This document shows, one piece after another, positions 39,101 to 52,921 of a stretch of 64,000 nt of DNA (positions within the stretch are counted from its first letter, which is position 1; every line of letters starts with the position of its first letter). The notes beneath the pieces are model-generated. The model was not told the DNA's origin. It saw only the letters and a program-made list of their open reading frames with translations, and did not search any database. Made by a program: the position numbers and the translations under genes. This stretch comes from Intoshia linei (lineage: Eukaryota > Animalia > Orthonectida): contig LWCA01000057.1 of the NCBI GenBank assembly GCA_001642005.1, positions 1-64,000 of the forward strand, read 5' to 3'.

Positions 39101-42100
39101 TAATATCATCATCAATTGACAATATTATTCTTATCCATATTGTCGAGATATATTCATCAATATTGAATAGAATCTATCGGTCAACAGATTGTAAACTATA
39201 ATACACCATTTATCATTAATAATGATTCATTATTAATATAATCTCATGTGAAAAAAATAAATTAATTAATGTCACTAATTGAAAACCCGCCACAAAATTC
39301 TACTTATTGTCGAAATTTGACATCCTAGAGGAAATCACTGTATCCATAAAATTTAATCAACATTATTTAGTTATCCAATAATATATTTTTGGTTTTTGGA
39401 TGTACAATTTTGTTGGATGCCATCAAGAATAGTGAATATTGTCGATTAGAATGTTTGGATTTAGAAGTAATAATTTTTAATAGATTTGATATATTGTATA
39501 GTCATCAAATGATGACCCTTTTTGGAAAAACCTTTTGAAAATTTCGGTTTGATGTAATGTTTATTTTCTACAACAGACGTGCACAACGTGGAGTCGTACC
39601 GCCGCATGCGGCCGTGAGCAATACATCTGATCATGATGCAATGTATCATTTTACTTCAAATTAAAAAGTTAAAATGAGATTTTATTCAAGGTCTATTTAA
39701 AATATTTTAATCAAAAAGTTACATTCTTGACTTTGCCCCAGTTTCTCAAATGTTAGCGAAGGGCACACAAAATCAAGACAGTCACTGATATCTTTTTTAT
39801 GTCATTATTAATATTTACATATTTTTTTATGTCTTCCACTCTAATGTATCAACAAATCGGTTTTTAAAAGAACTCTTTTTTGTTGTCCAATTATTATTAA
39901 TTATTTTCCGAAAAATTAATGATTAATGTTTTTTCAAAAAAATATTAGTAAAAGGAAATTTTTCAAATTTTTTTTAAATTAGGTTTTTTCTTATGGAATC
40001 AGTCAGAAGAATTATTGGTCTAAAAATTTGGTAAAATGGGATTTTTCATAAAAATATTGGTAAAAGCGAATTTTTTTCGTTAAGGGTATGTAAAATGTGA
40101 TTTTTTTTTTTTTGGAATCAGATAGGGCAGTTTTTATTCTAAAACTGGTAAAAATGGATTTTTAAAAAAATATTGATAAAAATGGATTTCTTCCTTAAGG
40201 GTTGGTAAAATTTTGGTTTTTTCTCATAAGATTATATTAAATTGGATGATTTAATAAAATATGTTGAAAATTGTAGATTAACCTACATTCATCTAAATTT
40301 TCGTATTCACCCATTGGGGTGACTAGACTAGTTGGTGGAAAGTTTGTGCACCCATGTTCTAACAGAATCGATAATGTCACAAATTGTTCATAAAACAATT
40401 TGTTCTATTATAATGAATTGATGGGTCGTGGAAATATTTTAATTGAAATTTGTGTCACCAATGAAACTGGTTGGGAAGCACCAATCTCCATTTACATTAA
40501 AAAATGTTTCATATTTTGGGGTGGAGTTGGTCCTTGATACGGCACTGGGTTTAACCGACAGAGAAAAAAAAATATATTATGTATTATACAACATAACGAG
40601 GATCTAAATTCGTAGCTGGTTAGTATACAATTTTATGGTATCACGGTATGAAAGCGAATAACATGTAGTGAATGTTTAATTTATTAATGTTTAGTACACA
40701 TTATAGTACACATTTAGCGGTTTCACATCCAATGATTCATATTTGAATCATGCAAAAATTTTTACTAAAAATCAAAATTTACCAACCACAAAAATAAAAA
40801 TCCAGTTATACCAAGCCTAAAAGGAAAATTATGCTTTTATTAACTACATTTCACATTCTCGTTTCATTTTGGGTATTGAATTAGATTGCTTTATGCAAAC
40901 ATGACATTCGATTTAGTTTACAAAATTCTTCAAAATATTACAGATTTTCTTAATATTAGGATGACACATGTTACTCCTTTACGTGTATAGAATGTAATAT
41001 CAGCGTTTATTACCGTTTAATTAAAACATTAAGTCCTATAATTAAAAAAATACCAATTATTTATACAGTTTTTCGAGAGTCATATTATCGTAAATGGTAT
41101 TATAAAAAAATGAGTCCTTCAAGATAAAAAACGAAAATAACAATTTTTTAATAAATAATAAACGCATTTAAAACCTAGAATTTTAAAGAATATAAATTCT
41201 GGGACGCGTTTGTACATAATTATTATGTTGTAAATCTCAAAATCAGAAACTTACATCTTTATGGCCAAACCCCCAAATTACCCGATTTTTGGAAAAATGG
41301 AAAAAGTTGCAGCATTTTATAAAACATAATTTCTGCATATTTTTTAAATGAGTATTATTATAAATCACAGCCTAAAATACTAAAAAATCAATTAAAAAGT
41401 CAGAGCTAGCTGCTGTTTGTACGAATTACATAACAGTGAAGCTACAAATATATAGTATACTACAAAAATAACATTACATTAGTGTAAAATTTTCATAGTT
41501 CCAATAAATTTGTGAAATTTCCCAGGCTCCATTAATGGGGCCTAGTCACCGTTAGGAAACACTGTATTACACTTTTTAATTTTTGAATTTCAGTATTTAA
41601 CCTTCACATTGTATTTCACAAATATCGGGCTGCGAACAGTGTAGCCCAAGGTGCTCCAATTGCTCTGTAATACAAATATGTGTGTGTAAAATAGTATATT
41701 ATATTAATACTATAATAGAAATACATATACAGTATGTACTATGTATTATATTTGCGTATATAATTATAGTTTTGTGAATTATTTTTTTATATTGGTCAAA
41801 ATTCTGGAGGGCTGCAGCCGTATATGACGATGCGCCTCTGAATACTGTATTTTAACTGAATTTATAAGTGTGTTAAATGTATCAAATGTAACTAATATTG
41901 TATAAAATATTGTTTACAAATTTCGTCAATAACATTTTAATTGATATAATCACTGATTGACTTATAAAAAGTGTTAATACCATCAAAAAATGGTCACTTT
42001 TAGATAATGGAATGTAGATAATATATAAAAATATGTGTACTGTAAATAAAAGGAAAAATCCACTTTTATCAAATAAAAATGACACTCCTAGTATTTAATA

Positions 42101-42277
42101 AAATTGGATTTGCCCCACATTTTTTTTGATGGTATAATAATAAATTATTATTAATAATTATATAATTAGACCAGTCCTATTTCAGAAAAAGATTATAATT
42201 TGATAAAAAAAATGAAAATTGCAAATAAAAATTTAAAAATAAACCATGGCCGAAAATTTACGACCAGTTATTTTTAA
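33174..42277 (+). CDS. Leucine-rich-repeat protein, LRRC74-like (RI-type LRRs), ~11 exons
   Basis: N-terminal YLNKCNQVGC..YRN..LEIINRG cap as in LRRC74. LRR exons start at ~33482, 33630, 33972, 35846, 36859, 38057, 38156 and 39371 (e.g. NLAGNRFGDEG, LNISNNLFGVEG, IDLSSNTIG). Last exon 42170-42277; phases are consistent. Confidence 0.75.
34254..35099 (+). mobile_element. Helitron-like element with both termini
   Basis: A|TCCTTTACTTATAT 5' end, a gtgtgt microsatellite, and a 3' hairpin followed by caacTTAG|T. Confidence 0.7.
36960..37868 (+). mobile_element. hAT (Buster-like) MITE containing two nested Helitron pieces
   Basis: Ends cagtgtttctt / gggaaacactg with TSD atcttaac/atttaaac. Inside is a minus Helitron 37088-37597 (A|TC..CTAG|T), itself interrupted by a plus Helitron 3' end 37134-37247. 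Confidence 0.72.
39574..40356. mobile_element. hAT MITE with internal minisatellite
   Basis: Ends cagacgtgcacaa / ttgtgcacccatg with TSD ttctacaa/ttctaaca. Tandem ttggtaaaa units lie at ~39940-40270. Confidence 0.6.
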
Positions 42278-42699
42278 ATAAATGTGAAAACAAAGTCAAA
42301 AAAAAATGAACATTACTTACATGTGAAAACATTAAATGGAAATTTGTTAATGAGCTCATTGAGCATCCCAACAGTTATAACATCAATAAAAGTTAATTGT
42401 TTACATTCATTTACTCTGCAAGATATTTTTTCTATTTTTCTAAATGAAAAAATATCAATTTCAAATTAAAAATGATTGCGGGACATTTCAAATGTACAAA
42501 TTGATAATTGTAACTGATATAATGAAATTGAAAATTATGTAAATTGTAAAATATTAAATATAAAACACAAAATGTACATTGTACAGTTTAACAGAATTCA
42601 ATTTAATTTTAAATTGAATTAATTTAACATTAGTAAATAAATGTAGATTTGACTTTTTGAGAGCATCAAATAAAATGGAAATGAAATTAAAAGAAATTG

Positions 42700-43850
42700 A
42701 TTTTTAACGATACGTACGTAAGCGTACTTGACTTTGATAAACCAAGTTAAAATCTTAAAATTTTAAAATATATATTAAATAAATAAAATTGAAGCGGAAA
42801 TATTTATAAATTATGATTGAGTAAGTAACAACTCTGCTTCATAATTATTAACATGTAAAGTCAATTAAATTTTAACACCATTACCAATTATCTAAATGAT
42901 TCTTGATTATACATGAAACAATTAATCAATGTTAAAATTGTAAATATTAAAAGTTTTAACCGTTAATTAATTACATTACAATAATTGTATCATAATTTAA
43001 AATGAAATGGAGTTTTCAGACTCAATGTTAAATGTCTCTGAGGACCAATCCAATTGAAATAATGGAGTATTCGGAGAACAGAGTAAACAAAGCGTGTCGC
43101 CATTGTATAATGAAATTAGAAGCACTTGAAATTTGTTGAAAAAATGCGAGTGACCAGTAAAAGAATAAAAAGTGTTCACCTGCTGGGACATGAAAATGAC
43201 GAGAAAATTGCATTCATTTTTCGTTTCAATTTTATTTACGCTAATGTGTTGATAATTAGTAAAATCTTTTAAATGTGTCATCGGTGTTAATGTAAAAATG
43301 TGTAGTAGTTATCAAGTGGACTCGAAATCTCAAGTATTCGCTGACTGGTCTCAAGTACTTTGTAGTAACGTACATGTCTACAAGCCTAGTTATGCATTAT
43401 TTCGCATTTGATAAGGTCGATATTTTTTATATTTTTTACAAAATCTATTTTAATTAATTTTGTTATTCATTGTTTTGATTTTGTGACACTCGCAATTTAA
43501 TAACACTCGAGTAGTTAACGACTTGATGTCAATACATTTATACTTGGAATATTTCCAGAATAACAAGCTTTCTTTTTGCTTCACACTAAACGGTTAATTG
43601 AGTCAGTATAGTTCAAACAAACAATTTGTCATTATTCCTATACAGCTTGTAATGATTTAACTTTTAAATCAGTTACTTATATTCAACAGTTATCTTGTTT
43701 GTCTAATTTAACGTATAATTTAATATTGTACCAATCACAATAGTTTTATCGCAATTATGTTTAATGTTTAACAAGATCAAAGCATATTTTATAAAATTTA
43801 GATCATATAGTAAACAATTTTTTCACTTTTAATTTTATCATCACAGCTCA
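42700..43850. promoter_or_regulatory. Candidate NK2.1 distal enhancer
   Basis: TE-free region with a cluster of TCAAGT(G/A) sites (42725, 43123, 43312, 43330, 43351) and GTAAACA sites (43083, 43810). Confidence 0.35.
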
Positions 43851-45090
43851 TTATAATAAATTATAGTAGATTTAACCCAAACCGCTATAATTGCATTTTA
43901 TACATGTATAAACAACACTATTAATAGTAATACTATAATAGAGTATGATAGTTGAATTTTTTTTATTTTAAGCATGTTATGTGAAACCAGACGGATTTAT
44001 CACTTTATGTTTGTAAATAAAACGTAATGATCAATTAAATAGCTCATTAAAGATTTCGAGTACTCTTACACAATATTCATTATTATAATTACTAACGGTC
44101 AGTTAATAATAAATAAACGGTTAATACAATTTTTTACTCAATTTAAATGTAAATTTAATTTAAATTTTGCTATTTTTAATTTATTACGGGAAAATCGTCT
44201 TTTAAAGTTCATTGTTCATTCGTTGTTGTAAATTTCATTTTTATCGACAAAAAATAGATTCATTTAATTGATCGAGTCAGGCAGGATTAGACCAAAGCTT
44301 ATGAATCTCTAGTGTCTTTTGTATTAATATATATTTCCCACAGGAGGTACGCTTCACAATCAAAAGAACTGTTAATTTAAATAGTTTCACACTCGTATAA
44401 TGTTATTGGTATTAAGCTAATCTTATACAGAATACTACATTTGAATTTAAAGTTTATGTAATACTGCATTTTTTAAACCAAAGCAAAGTAATATTCTTGT
44501 AAAATTTCCAAAAAAATGTAATGATTAAATAATGTATTCTTGATTGAAAGCGGAGGTAGAAATTTCATTGATTAACAAAGATAATAAAAAAATTTATGCA
44601 AAGGAAAATAGCAAATGTTAAATGAATAACTAATTACAGAATAAAAATACAACTATATATGTATCTTGACTATTGTTAAAAAATACAATGATAGGTTAGT
44701 GAATTTAATAAAACATATTCAAAGACATTCATATTATCATATTGATGAATATATTATGAATCCGCCTACTTTTTTTTATCAGCTAACCTTATTATTGTTT
44801 TATAAACACATATATAATAAGACACTTACTTATAATTTTAATTAAAAATAAAGCCGAAACAAAAAAAAATATATCTCAAAAAAATTTGACATCAATAATA
44901 CGTTCATTATTAATTTTATATGTTAAAACTGTTATTTAAATCTAAAAAAAATGAAAATAAAAAATATTCATCATTATAGTGGTAATACAGTCAGGGCCGT
45001 GGAACGTCTACAATGGGCACGGACTAGATGAAAATTGTAGGTCCTTAATAGGGACTCTCTATACAACATTTAAAAATTGATTCATCAACC

Positions 45091-46058
45091 CGGTGTTTCC
45101 CAACATTTTTTATGCTAGACCCCACTAAAAAAAAAAATTCCCTAACGGCCAAATTATTGGGCTAATACAGAATTCACTCACAAAAATTTATTATTAATTC
45201 AATGATTACTTTTTATTAAGTTTGTAGAAACAATCATTTTCTAATAAATTAGAAATGGAAAGCTATTACTTTGTGTATAGTCGAAATTCGAAATTCTATT
45301 TTTTGTTAGTACAGTTGTACAAACAGTTTTGTAAGTTTAAAACAACAATAAATCCGCATTCTACTAAATAAGAGGATAGAAATGGCAACAAAGCCATCCT
45401 AGCAAAATTAGTTGCATTTAGATTATTTTTTAAATCTTCTTCGTTAAGCCACATCATATTCTTTAATGCTAAATACAGTTTGTAAAGATTTGTCATGCAT
45501 TAATATAGACAATTCTTCTTAATATTTACATTTAATAAGTCCACCAGAAAATGTTGTGTCAACCACAATGGAAACTCCATAAGTTTGATATCTTCGAAAC
45601 GTATATTTAAATTATTTTAAAATGATTTAATATTGTGTTTTTTTCTAATTCTGTAAAAAGGATTTATTTAACCATAAGAAATGACTATAATTATTGGATG
45701 AAATATTTTCTATATAAACATCTAATAATAAATTAATCTAAAGCAGAGGTGTCAGACTCAATTTGATGGCAGGCAAAATGTGACAAAAAAATATTTTTAC
45801 TCAAATCTTTATTAAACTAACAGTTTTAATAAATTAATAAAATAAAATAAGAAACAATAATGGAATAAGTGCATAATGAATACTAAAATTGTAATCATGA
45901 AAAATATGGGTAAAAAATTTTGCTATAAAGCGGGCCGCATAATTGACAACCTGATCTAAAGGTTTCATAAACCTATAAATTCGTAATATTTCCCAGGGTC
46001 CACCAAAGATTTCTTCATACCGACCAGTGGGGCTTGGCCCTACGGTTGGGAAACACTG
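45091..46058 (-). mobile_element. Buster-like non-autonomous hAT with transposase tail
   Basis: Ends cggtgtttcccaac / ggttgggaaacactg. The minus strand reads ALLPFLSSYLVECGF. It is an inverted homologue of 58470-59109. Confidence 0.75.
45744..45953. mobile_element. 210-bp hAT MITE nested in the element above
   Basis: Ends cagaggtgtcag / ttgacaacctg with a perfect TSD atctaaag. An inverted copy lies at 52380-52577 (TSD gtattgaa/gtattgat). Confidence 0.82.
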
Positions 46059-46560
46059 TTTAGATCTAAACATTGTTTAATCCGGCAGTTGCCAAATTTT
46101 TTTTCAGTGTTTCCCTGCTGGAATAAAAATATTAGCTCAACTATACGAACTATTTCCTTCTAACATTAACTATTATCAGGGGCGGATCTAAGAGGTTAGT
46201 TAATGGGTGCGAGCGAAGCGAGAAATATATTTTAGGGCGTCTCTTTTAATATCAAGGGGTCTAGTTTGATTTTAAAGTGTCTCTTTGAATTTCATTTAAA
46301 AGTTGTTATACAATAGTTTCCAAATTTGTATTTTTTCGCAAAAATAAAAAAAAATGATCAGCACAAAAAAAGAGAAATTATTTTTGTTCATTAAATAAAA
46401 TATTATTAATTAAATCAATTAGTTCCAGTCTTCTTGATTGAACTATTGCAAATTCATTAACCAAACTTTCAATATCAAAATTATAGTCATAGTGGCAAAT
46501 TATGAGGGCCAGTCCACATAACAAAATGCCTCAAGTCATATGATTAATTGGTCATGTAAT

Positions 46561-47130
46561 CAGAGCCGTCTTAAGCCACTTCGGGCCCTGGGCTTAGCAA
46601 AGGCCGAGGTCTTTAAAATTTCGAGTGAAGCGATAAAAAAAATTAGGTCCCCTGTTTATAAGACAGGGCATACTGTTGATTGGAGACTTAGAGTTTTATT
46701 CCATTGAATGTTAATATAAGCATTAAAATATATTATGTAGGTTTCTAGTAATTTTTATTTATTTTACAAAAACCTACTTACATTAATTAATGAATAGAGT
46801 TTACTTTTTCATTTGAAAATATGCACCATGCAGTCACAAAAAATTCTTGACAATTCTTCACAAATGTTGTTTTTTCATTTTTTTCTGAGAGAAATCAGAT
46901 ATGATATTATCAAAACTGATATCATTCTCAATTGACATTAAGGAGAGCGCATTCAAACGAGGTTGAGCTAAGCAATTTCGACGTTCATTCTTAATTATTT
47001 TTAGTTTAGAAAAAGTTCAAACTTCAATAAACTTCAAAACTTATAAACTGATTCTTAAGATATAAATGTTAAGTATTTTTTAATAAATTCGGGCCTCTTT
47101 TTAAAATCTATGCCTATCTGGGCTGTTCGT
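46561..47130 (-). mobile_element. hAT derivative, inverted copy of the 20301-21640 family
   Basis: Terminus cagagccgtcttaag; 46800-47010 is the reverse complement of ~21400-21620. Confidence 0.65.
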
Positions 47131-49108
47131 TTTTTATTAAAAATACCCTATACCACGCTGAAAAGGGTACTTAGAATCCACTAGAAAATATATGTTTAGA
47201 AAAAAATACCGTTAAATATTTAGCCTTGTTGTTTTTTAAGGTTTTTGCGCCCAAATTTCTATATTTCTTAATTAACATCAAAATTAATTTTTTTTAATTG
47301 GTTATGGTTAATATATGACACACTAACACATATACCAAATTTAGAGTAAAAAATTTAATATTTAACCTCAAAAGGCGTTTTTTCGATAAAAAGGGTTTTT
47401 TGTAATATTGGTCAAATTTAAAAATTCCAAAATGTATAATAACCAAACATTTATTTTAACTATATAAATCTGAGTTTGCCATTTTAAAATTCAGTTACTT
47501 ACGTATTAAATACATTTCTAATTCACTAATTCATTTCACAGATTCACTAAAATGGACTGTCCCCATAAAATGAAAATAAATCAAGTTATTAAAATGTATG
47601 AGTTATATTTATTAACGCTGAATTTATTTTTTTAGATAGTGTTCCATATTTATCTTTTTCAGTCTTTATTCAGTTTTTTTACTGTTCGATAGAAATTTCC
47701 ACAAAAAATTGTTTTACAATTATTTAAAAATGCAGAATACAATAGAAAAATATATTTATGAAAGAATTCAACGTAGCTTGCTCCTGCTATGTTCTAAAGT
47801 TTTGTTAAAATAACATTTTTTATTATAGAAAAATGAAATATATTAAATTTGAATACACAATTTATATTATTATTAATTTTTTATTTTAATGAACCAAGTA
47901 TAGTGCATATAATTTCTACTTCACATTCAATCCATTTCAGTAATAAATTTTGAATTTTAACTAAAATTTATATACACAACAAATGTCAATCTGGTTAGAG
48001 TAACTTTTGCTATTTCCCCCACTAATTGAAGCCATTCAATAATCTAGACTCTAGAATCTAGAATTCTAATATGGTTGACAAATTATATATTTTAGGTAAT
48101 AAAAATACGCTTTTTAATATGAACTCATTAATAAACTCACTAAACGAGATTTTTTTACAAATTAAACCGATTGTGAAAATTAAATAAATCGCAATTACAT
48201 GTCGAATGTTAAATATTGATTATTTGAATATACTAAAATTGAAAGTTGGTTATGTTATACGCTTATATTTTGTCAAGTGGATTTTAGAAATATTATTAAA
48301 GATTTCCGGTAAATTTTATCTAATTTATAAAAACAAAATGATTAGAAAATGATTAAATTAAAAATTATACTTACATGGCAAATTAACCGTAAAATGAGAA
48401 AATGAAACTTTACAAATGACATTAATAATTGAGAAAAATACATACAAGTAAATAAAATTGTAAAACTGTAAAACTGAACAAATGATTCAATACATTAAAA
48501 CTTAAAAACCAACTAAATTGTACATTGAACATTGTACAATGTACTGTAATTTAAAAAAGTTACCTACAAGACTTGTGATTATTAACATGTATATCATATT
48601 AACATGTTGATTTTTTGAAAATCTAATGGATATGATTGTACTCTAGGTCAAAAAGGTTTAAAGATAAAACCAAATTTTCACAAATTGAATTAAAATTTAA
48701 ACTGCATTGTTGGAAATTTAGTACAATTTGTACAAATTTGTAAAGGCCAGTATATTAAACCAAATAGGCGTGTCTAATAAAAGTATACAATTTTGTTGCG
48801 TGCAAGTTGCATGATGATTGGCCTCATAAACAACAAACAGATTATTATCCGCTACTATAGTGTACATTGTTGAATAGACACTCAAAAGTCCTCCAATGTG
48901 CTCTAAAGCGCAGCCAAGTACATTTTATTTAAATACTCATTCCAATACTTTACATTTTGTCATTTATGTGTAAATCTTAAAATTACACTTTAAATGCTCT
49001 TAAATCACACTTTCAAACTCTGAATTCCCTAGTTTATTAATCTACCTCTTTAAACTTGCAATAAACTCAAGTAACATTATTGTAACATTTAAATCTCGAT
49101 ATTGAACC

Positions 49109-50675
49109 ATGTGGTTGCCAAATACGACCAATTCTGAAACGGGTAAGTACTCTTGTATTTTACAAATATAATACATCTTACAATTTATTAATCTACATTA
49201 GATTATATATTATAAATTAAATTTAAATTACACATCAGTTAATAACCTTAATATCATGTATAGTTTATAATTTTCAATTTAGATTTTGATAGTCGAAATT
49301 TGTACTCGAGAAGTAGTAGAGATAAGAACAAGGAAAAAGAACTTGCACCTTGTTCAGCCCAAAATCGTAGTTTGCAGCGATATAATAATTCATATCGAGA
49401 ATCACCACATCGACGTGAGAATCTCGTTGGGTATCCGACAAGAAACAAGAATCTAAAGGAAAATTTCCAATCAAGACATTTGGAAGAAATGGAAGCTCAA
49501 TTTCATGAAAATAACGGTCATAATATAAACAATATACCTTACAATTTCGTATACCCTCCGCCAATAAGTGATTTTAACACAATGATGCCTCCACATTCAA
49601 TTATACCAACTATGCATCACCAATTACCAGTTCCTCCAATGCATCCAGTCAATTTAGCACCCCAGTTTCATAAAGCTTACATGGAGGCACATAACCAACT
49701 TAAAAATTCTCAAACAGACACCATCTATAATAATGCAAATCGAAAATCATACATTCCTATCAGTGAATCGCTAAAAGAAAATTTACATAAAAGTTACTTA
49801 AATTATATGAACAGGGACAGGTTATGTAAGTTTTACCATGAATCATGTAAACTTATTTTTAATCGGTTCAATTCATTTCGTTATTCGTCAATTATAATTG
49901 TAGCTTAATGATTAAGCAAAATCAAAAATTTTAATTGAAAATAACTCAATGAACACTTGTTATTTATTAATTTTTTATATTAGTATTCAATTCTAATTGC
50001 AACCTGGCATCATCCTCCGAAATAACCAACACTCTAAATGGATCAAATTTCCCATATGCACACAATGGCCAATCCAATGCTTCAATATACGGAAATGGAA
50101 GATTCCAACATGATTTAATGGCAAATGGAGCTATGGACCCCTTTTTGACGCCTCACGGTTTATTTCCATTTTCTCTGTCTCAAAGAAGGAAGCGTCGAAT
50201 TCTTTTTTCTCAAGCTCAAGTGTACGAACTTGAAAGAAGATTTAAGATGCAAAAGTACCTTTCTGGACCTGAAAGAGAACATTTATCTCGAATGATTAAT
50301 CTCACACCAAATCAAGTCAAAATTTGGTTCCAAGTAATACAAATAATGTATTTAAAATAATATTTAAACCCTTAAAATTTACTCATTAGTGACTGTGATT
50401 ACAGACTATAGTCTGTCCAATTTAGTTATAATTTACCATTATTTTTCAAGTGCGAATTCAACATTACAAGTACAGTAAGTGTACTAACAACCAAGTGAGC
50501 GTAAACAAAATGTTTAATATGTTAATTTTTTCATAATGTAATTATTTAGAATCATCGATACAAGCACAAAAGACAAAAAAAAGACGATGAAAAGACTAGA
50601 AAACCGCACAAGAACCAAGTCCAACCCAACCAACCCAAGAAAGAAGTTTATCCAAGCATAAAGATTGAAAAATAA
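49109..50675 (+). CDS. NKX2-1: NK2.1-class homeobox transcription factor (~350 aa; exons 49109-49142, 49283-49825, 49984-50333, 50550-50675)
   Basis: Homeodomain [50 protein letters not shown]|NHRYKHKRQ has Tyr54, and FSQAQVYEL is typical of NK2.1/2.4/scarecrow. Splice phases are consistent. Confidence 0.92.
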
Positions 50676-52379
50676 ACCTATAAAATATAATCATGCTCAA
50701 ATAAATATATTGTAAACTACGTGACTTATGAAATTAAAAGTTTTTGACAAATGATGCTGCCATTCGAAGCCATACTGTTTTGTTTTTGACCGTTTTTATT
50801 AAAAAAATGTGAGATTTTTGACAAATATTCGATTCATTTAGTTTGCCATTTCAAAGTTTTTTATAATTTATATTATCATGATTTTACTGGTGGTCCAGTG
50901 CAAATACATGTAGTAGTTAGCTCTACGAGAGTCGATTTTTTATACAACTTTAATTTGAAAAATTTCAAAATATTTAAATTAAAGTAACAAGTAAATAGCT
51001 AACATGGTTTAAAGTTTAAACATTTCAACAAAATACTAACAAAATTATAAATAATTATTGATAATACAATTGTACAATTTTATTAAAATTTATACTTGCA
51101 AAACATTAACAAACGTTAAAATTCGTTAAAATTTGACCATAAAGATGGAAATTTATGAGATTGATGGGTTAATATTCAACAAAAAAACTGACTGATTTTT
51201 AAAGTATGTAAATTTGTATTTACTGTAATAAGTAAGGGTATATGACATTTATATTCATATTTACAATTTGTCTTGCAGCGTATATTTATCATATTTAAAT
51301 AATGGGCTTTAGCATATTCTCCTACTTTAAGCAGTCTCGATGATTGTATAATGATGGAAAAGATTGTCTTCATCTAAATTATCTAATCAACATTTATTTA
51401 GTATACTGTTAATAGAGTTACCTATATTTTTAGAAATCGATTCAAACTTAATCAATATCCTTCATTTTTTCAAGAACTTTAATTTCATTATACATGAATT
51501 TGACATTCAATTTTCTTTAAATATTTTAATTATCCATTAAAGATATTTTCCTTTATCAATAATGCAAATTTTGTTAATGTTGAGTTTTTCATTTTAGCAA
51601 ATTGGTAAATCCAGTGTAAAATCTACACTGCCTATTATTTATGTGGTAATTTTTGCAATTGTTTATGATGGAATAATCAATATGTTTTGAAAGATGATGA
51701 AATTAATGATTTATTCACCATTTCTTAATTGAAAAGATATTGAATAAAATTTTAACACTAAGTGGTGTAGTTTTTTTCATTTTTCAAAATAATGAGTAAT
51801 TTACGGTTTTGACGGTGTATATCCAAATTTTTCTTACTTTCAATATTGGAAAAATTGATAAAAAAAAAACTTACATAGAATTTGTGTTTTTGAAAATTCT
51901 AGGATTGCCAGTTTTCTAAATAAATAGTTACACTCAAAGGCAGACTACAAACACACATTTTTAGCAACTTTTACTTTATGTAAGTAAGGATTCCTTACTA
52001 CATTCTTAACTTTCTGTACTTTTTAAACCAGTAGCTCCAGATTCAAATAGTGTACGGACCCCTGTTTTAAAACATTTATTTTTTTGGACTATAAAGGAAA
52101 CATGAAGTATAAAACATTTATTAAAAAATTAAAGGGTTTTTCTCATAAGATTTCGCAAACTGTTTTTCAAAAAAATATTGGAAAATGAGACATTTCTTTA
52201 TGGATTAATAAAATTAAATTTTTTATATTGTAGTTTGATTAAGTGAACCTCGTTTTGAAGAATAGATAGAACCTCGAACCCTGAAAACTATTAAACCTTC
52301 ACTTGAAGAAGGAAGCAAAGATAACTTTTTTTACAAGTAAACTAATATTCGGAAAATTGAATTGTTTCATTGTATTGAA

Positions 52380-52577
52380 CAAAGATGTCAATTATGCGGT
52401 CTGCGTTATAATGTAAATTTTTATTGATTATTACAATTTTAGCTTTATTTATACTTTTTGCATTATTATTGTTTCTTATTTAATTGTATTAATTAAAAAT
52501 TTTAGTTTAATAATGGTTTAAGTAAATATATTTTTTTCACATTTGGCCCGCCAAGCAAATTGAGTCTGACACCCATG
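52380..52577. mobile_element. hAT MITE (copy of the 45744-45953 family)
   Basis: Ends caaagatgtcaattatgcgg / tgagtctgacacccatg with a 7/8 TSD match. Confidence 0.75.
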
Positions 52578-52687
52578 GTATTGATCGATATATACTTAAT
52601 TTAATATAAAATGTAGATGTATAAAATTAATTAATTTTTATTTTTTTTAAAAAAAGTCGTAAAGAATCGGAATCGTCACATCACTAG

Positions 52688-52921
52688 CAGTGGCGGATGT
52701 AGGATTTTCAGCCAGGGGGTAAAATAATTATTAGACCCCAAACGCATATAATTTATTTAATTTGGAGTTTTTATACTAAGTATATTAATATACATTGCAC
52801 TGTATTTCTATCTATAATAATAATTTTTTTTCTAGTTTTCATTCTACTAAATTTTTCAACGTTATACATTCTAAGAATGTTGAGTAGAGGCAGCCCCTGC
52901 ATACACGTAGATCCACTATTC
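52688..52921. mobile_element. hAT-type MITE (cagtggcggat family)
   Basis: cagtggcggatgtagg ... agatccactattc with TSD atcactag on both sides. Confidence 0.75.

Noticed and set aside
42997-43281. 94-aa minus-strand ORF in the TE-free island
   Set aside because: No recognisable domain or splice partners; better explained as regulatory DNA.
48367-48400. ATACTTACATGGCA resembling the U1 snRNA 5' end
   Set aside because: There is a mismatch in the ACTTACCTG core, and no downstream U1 stems or Sm site.
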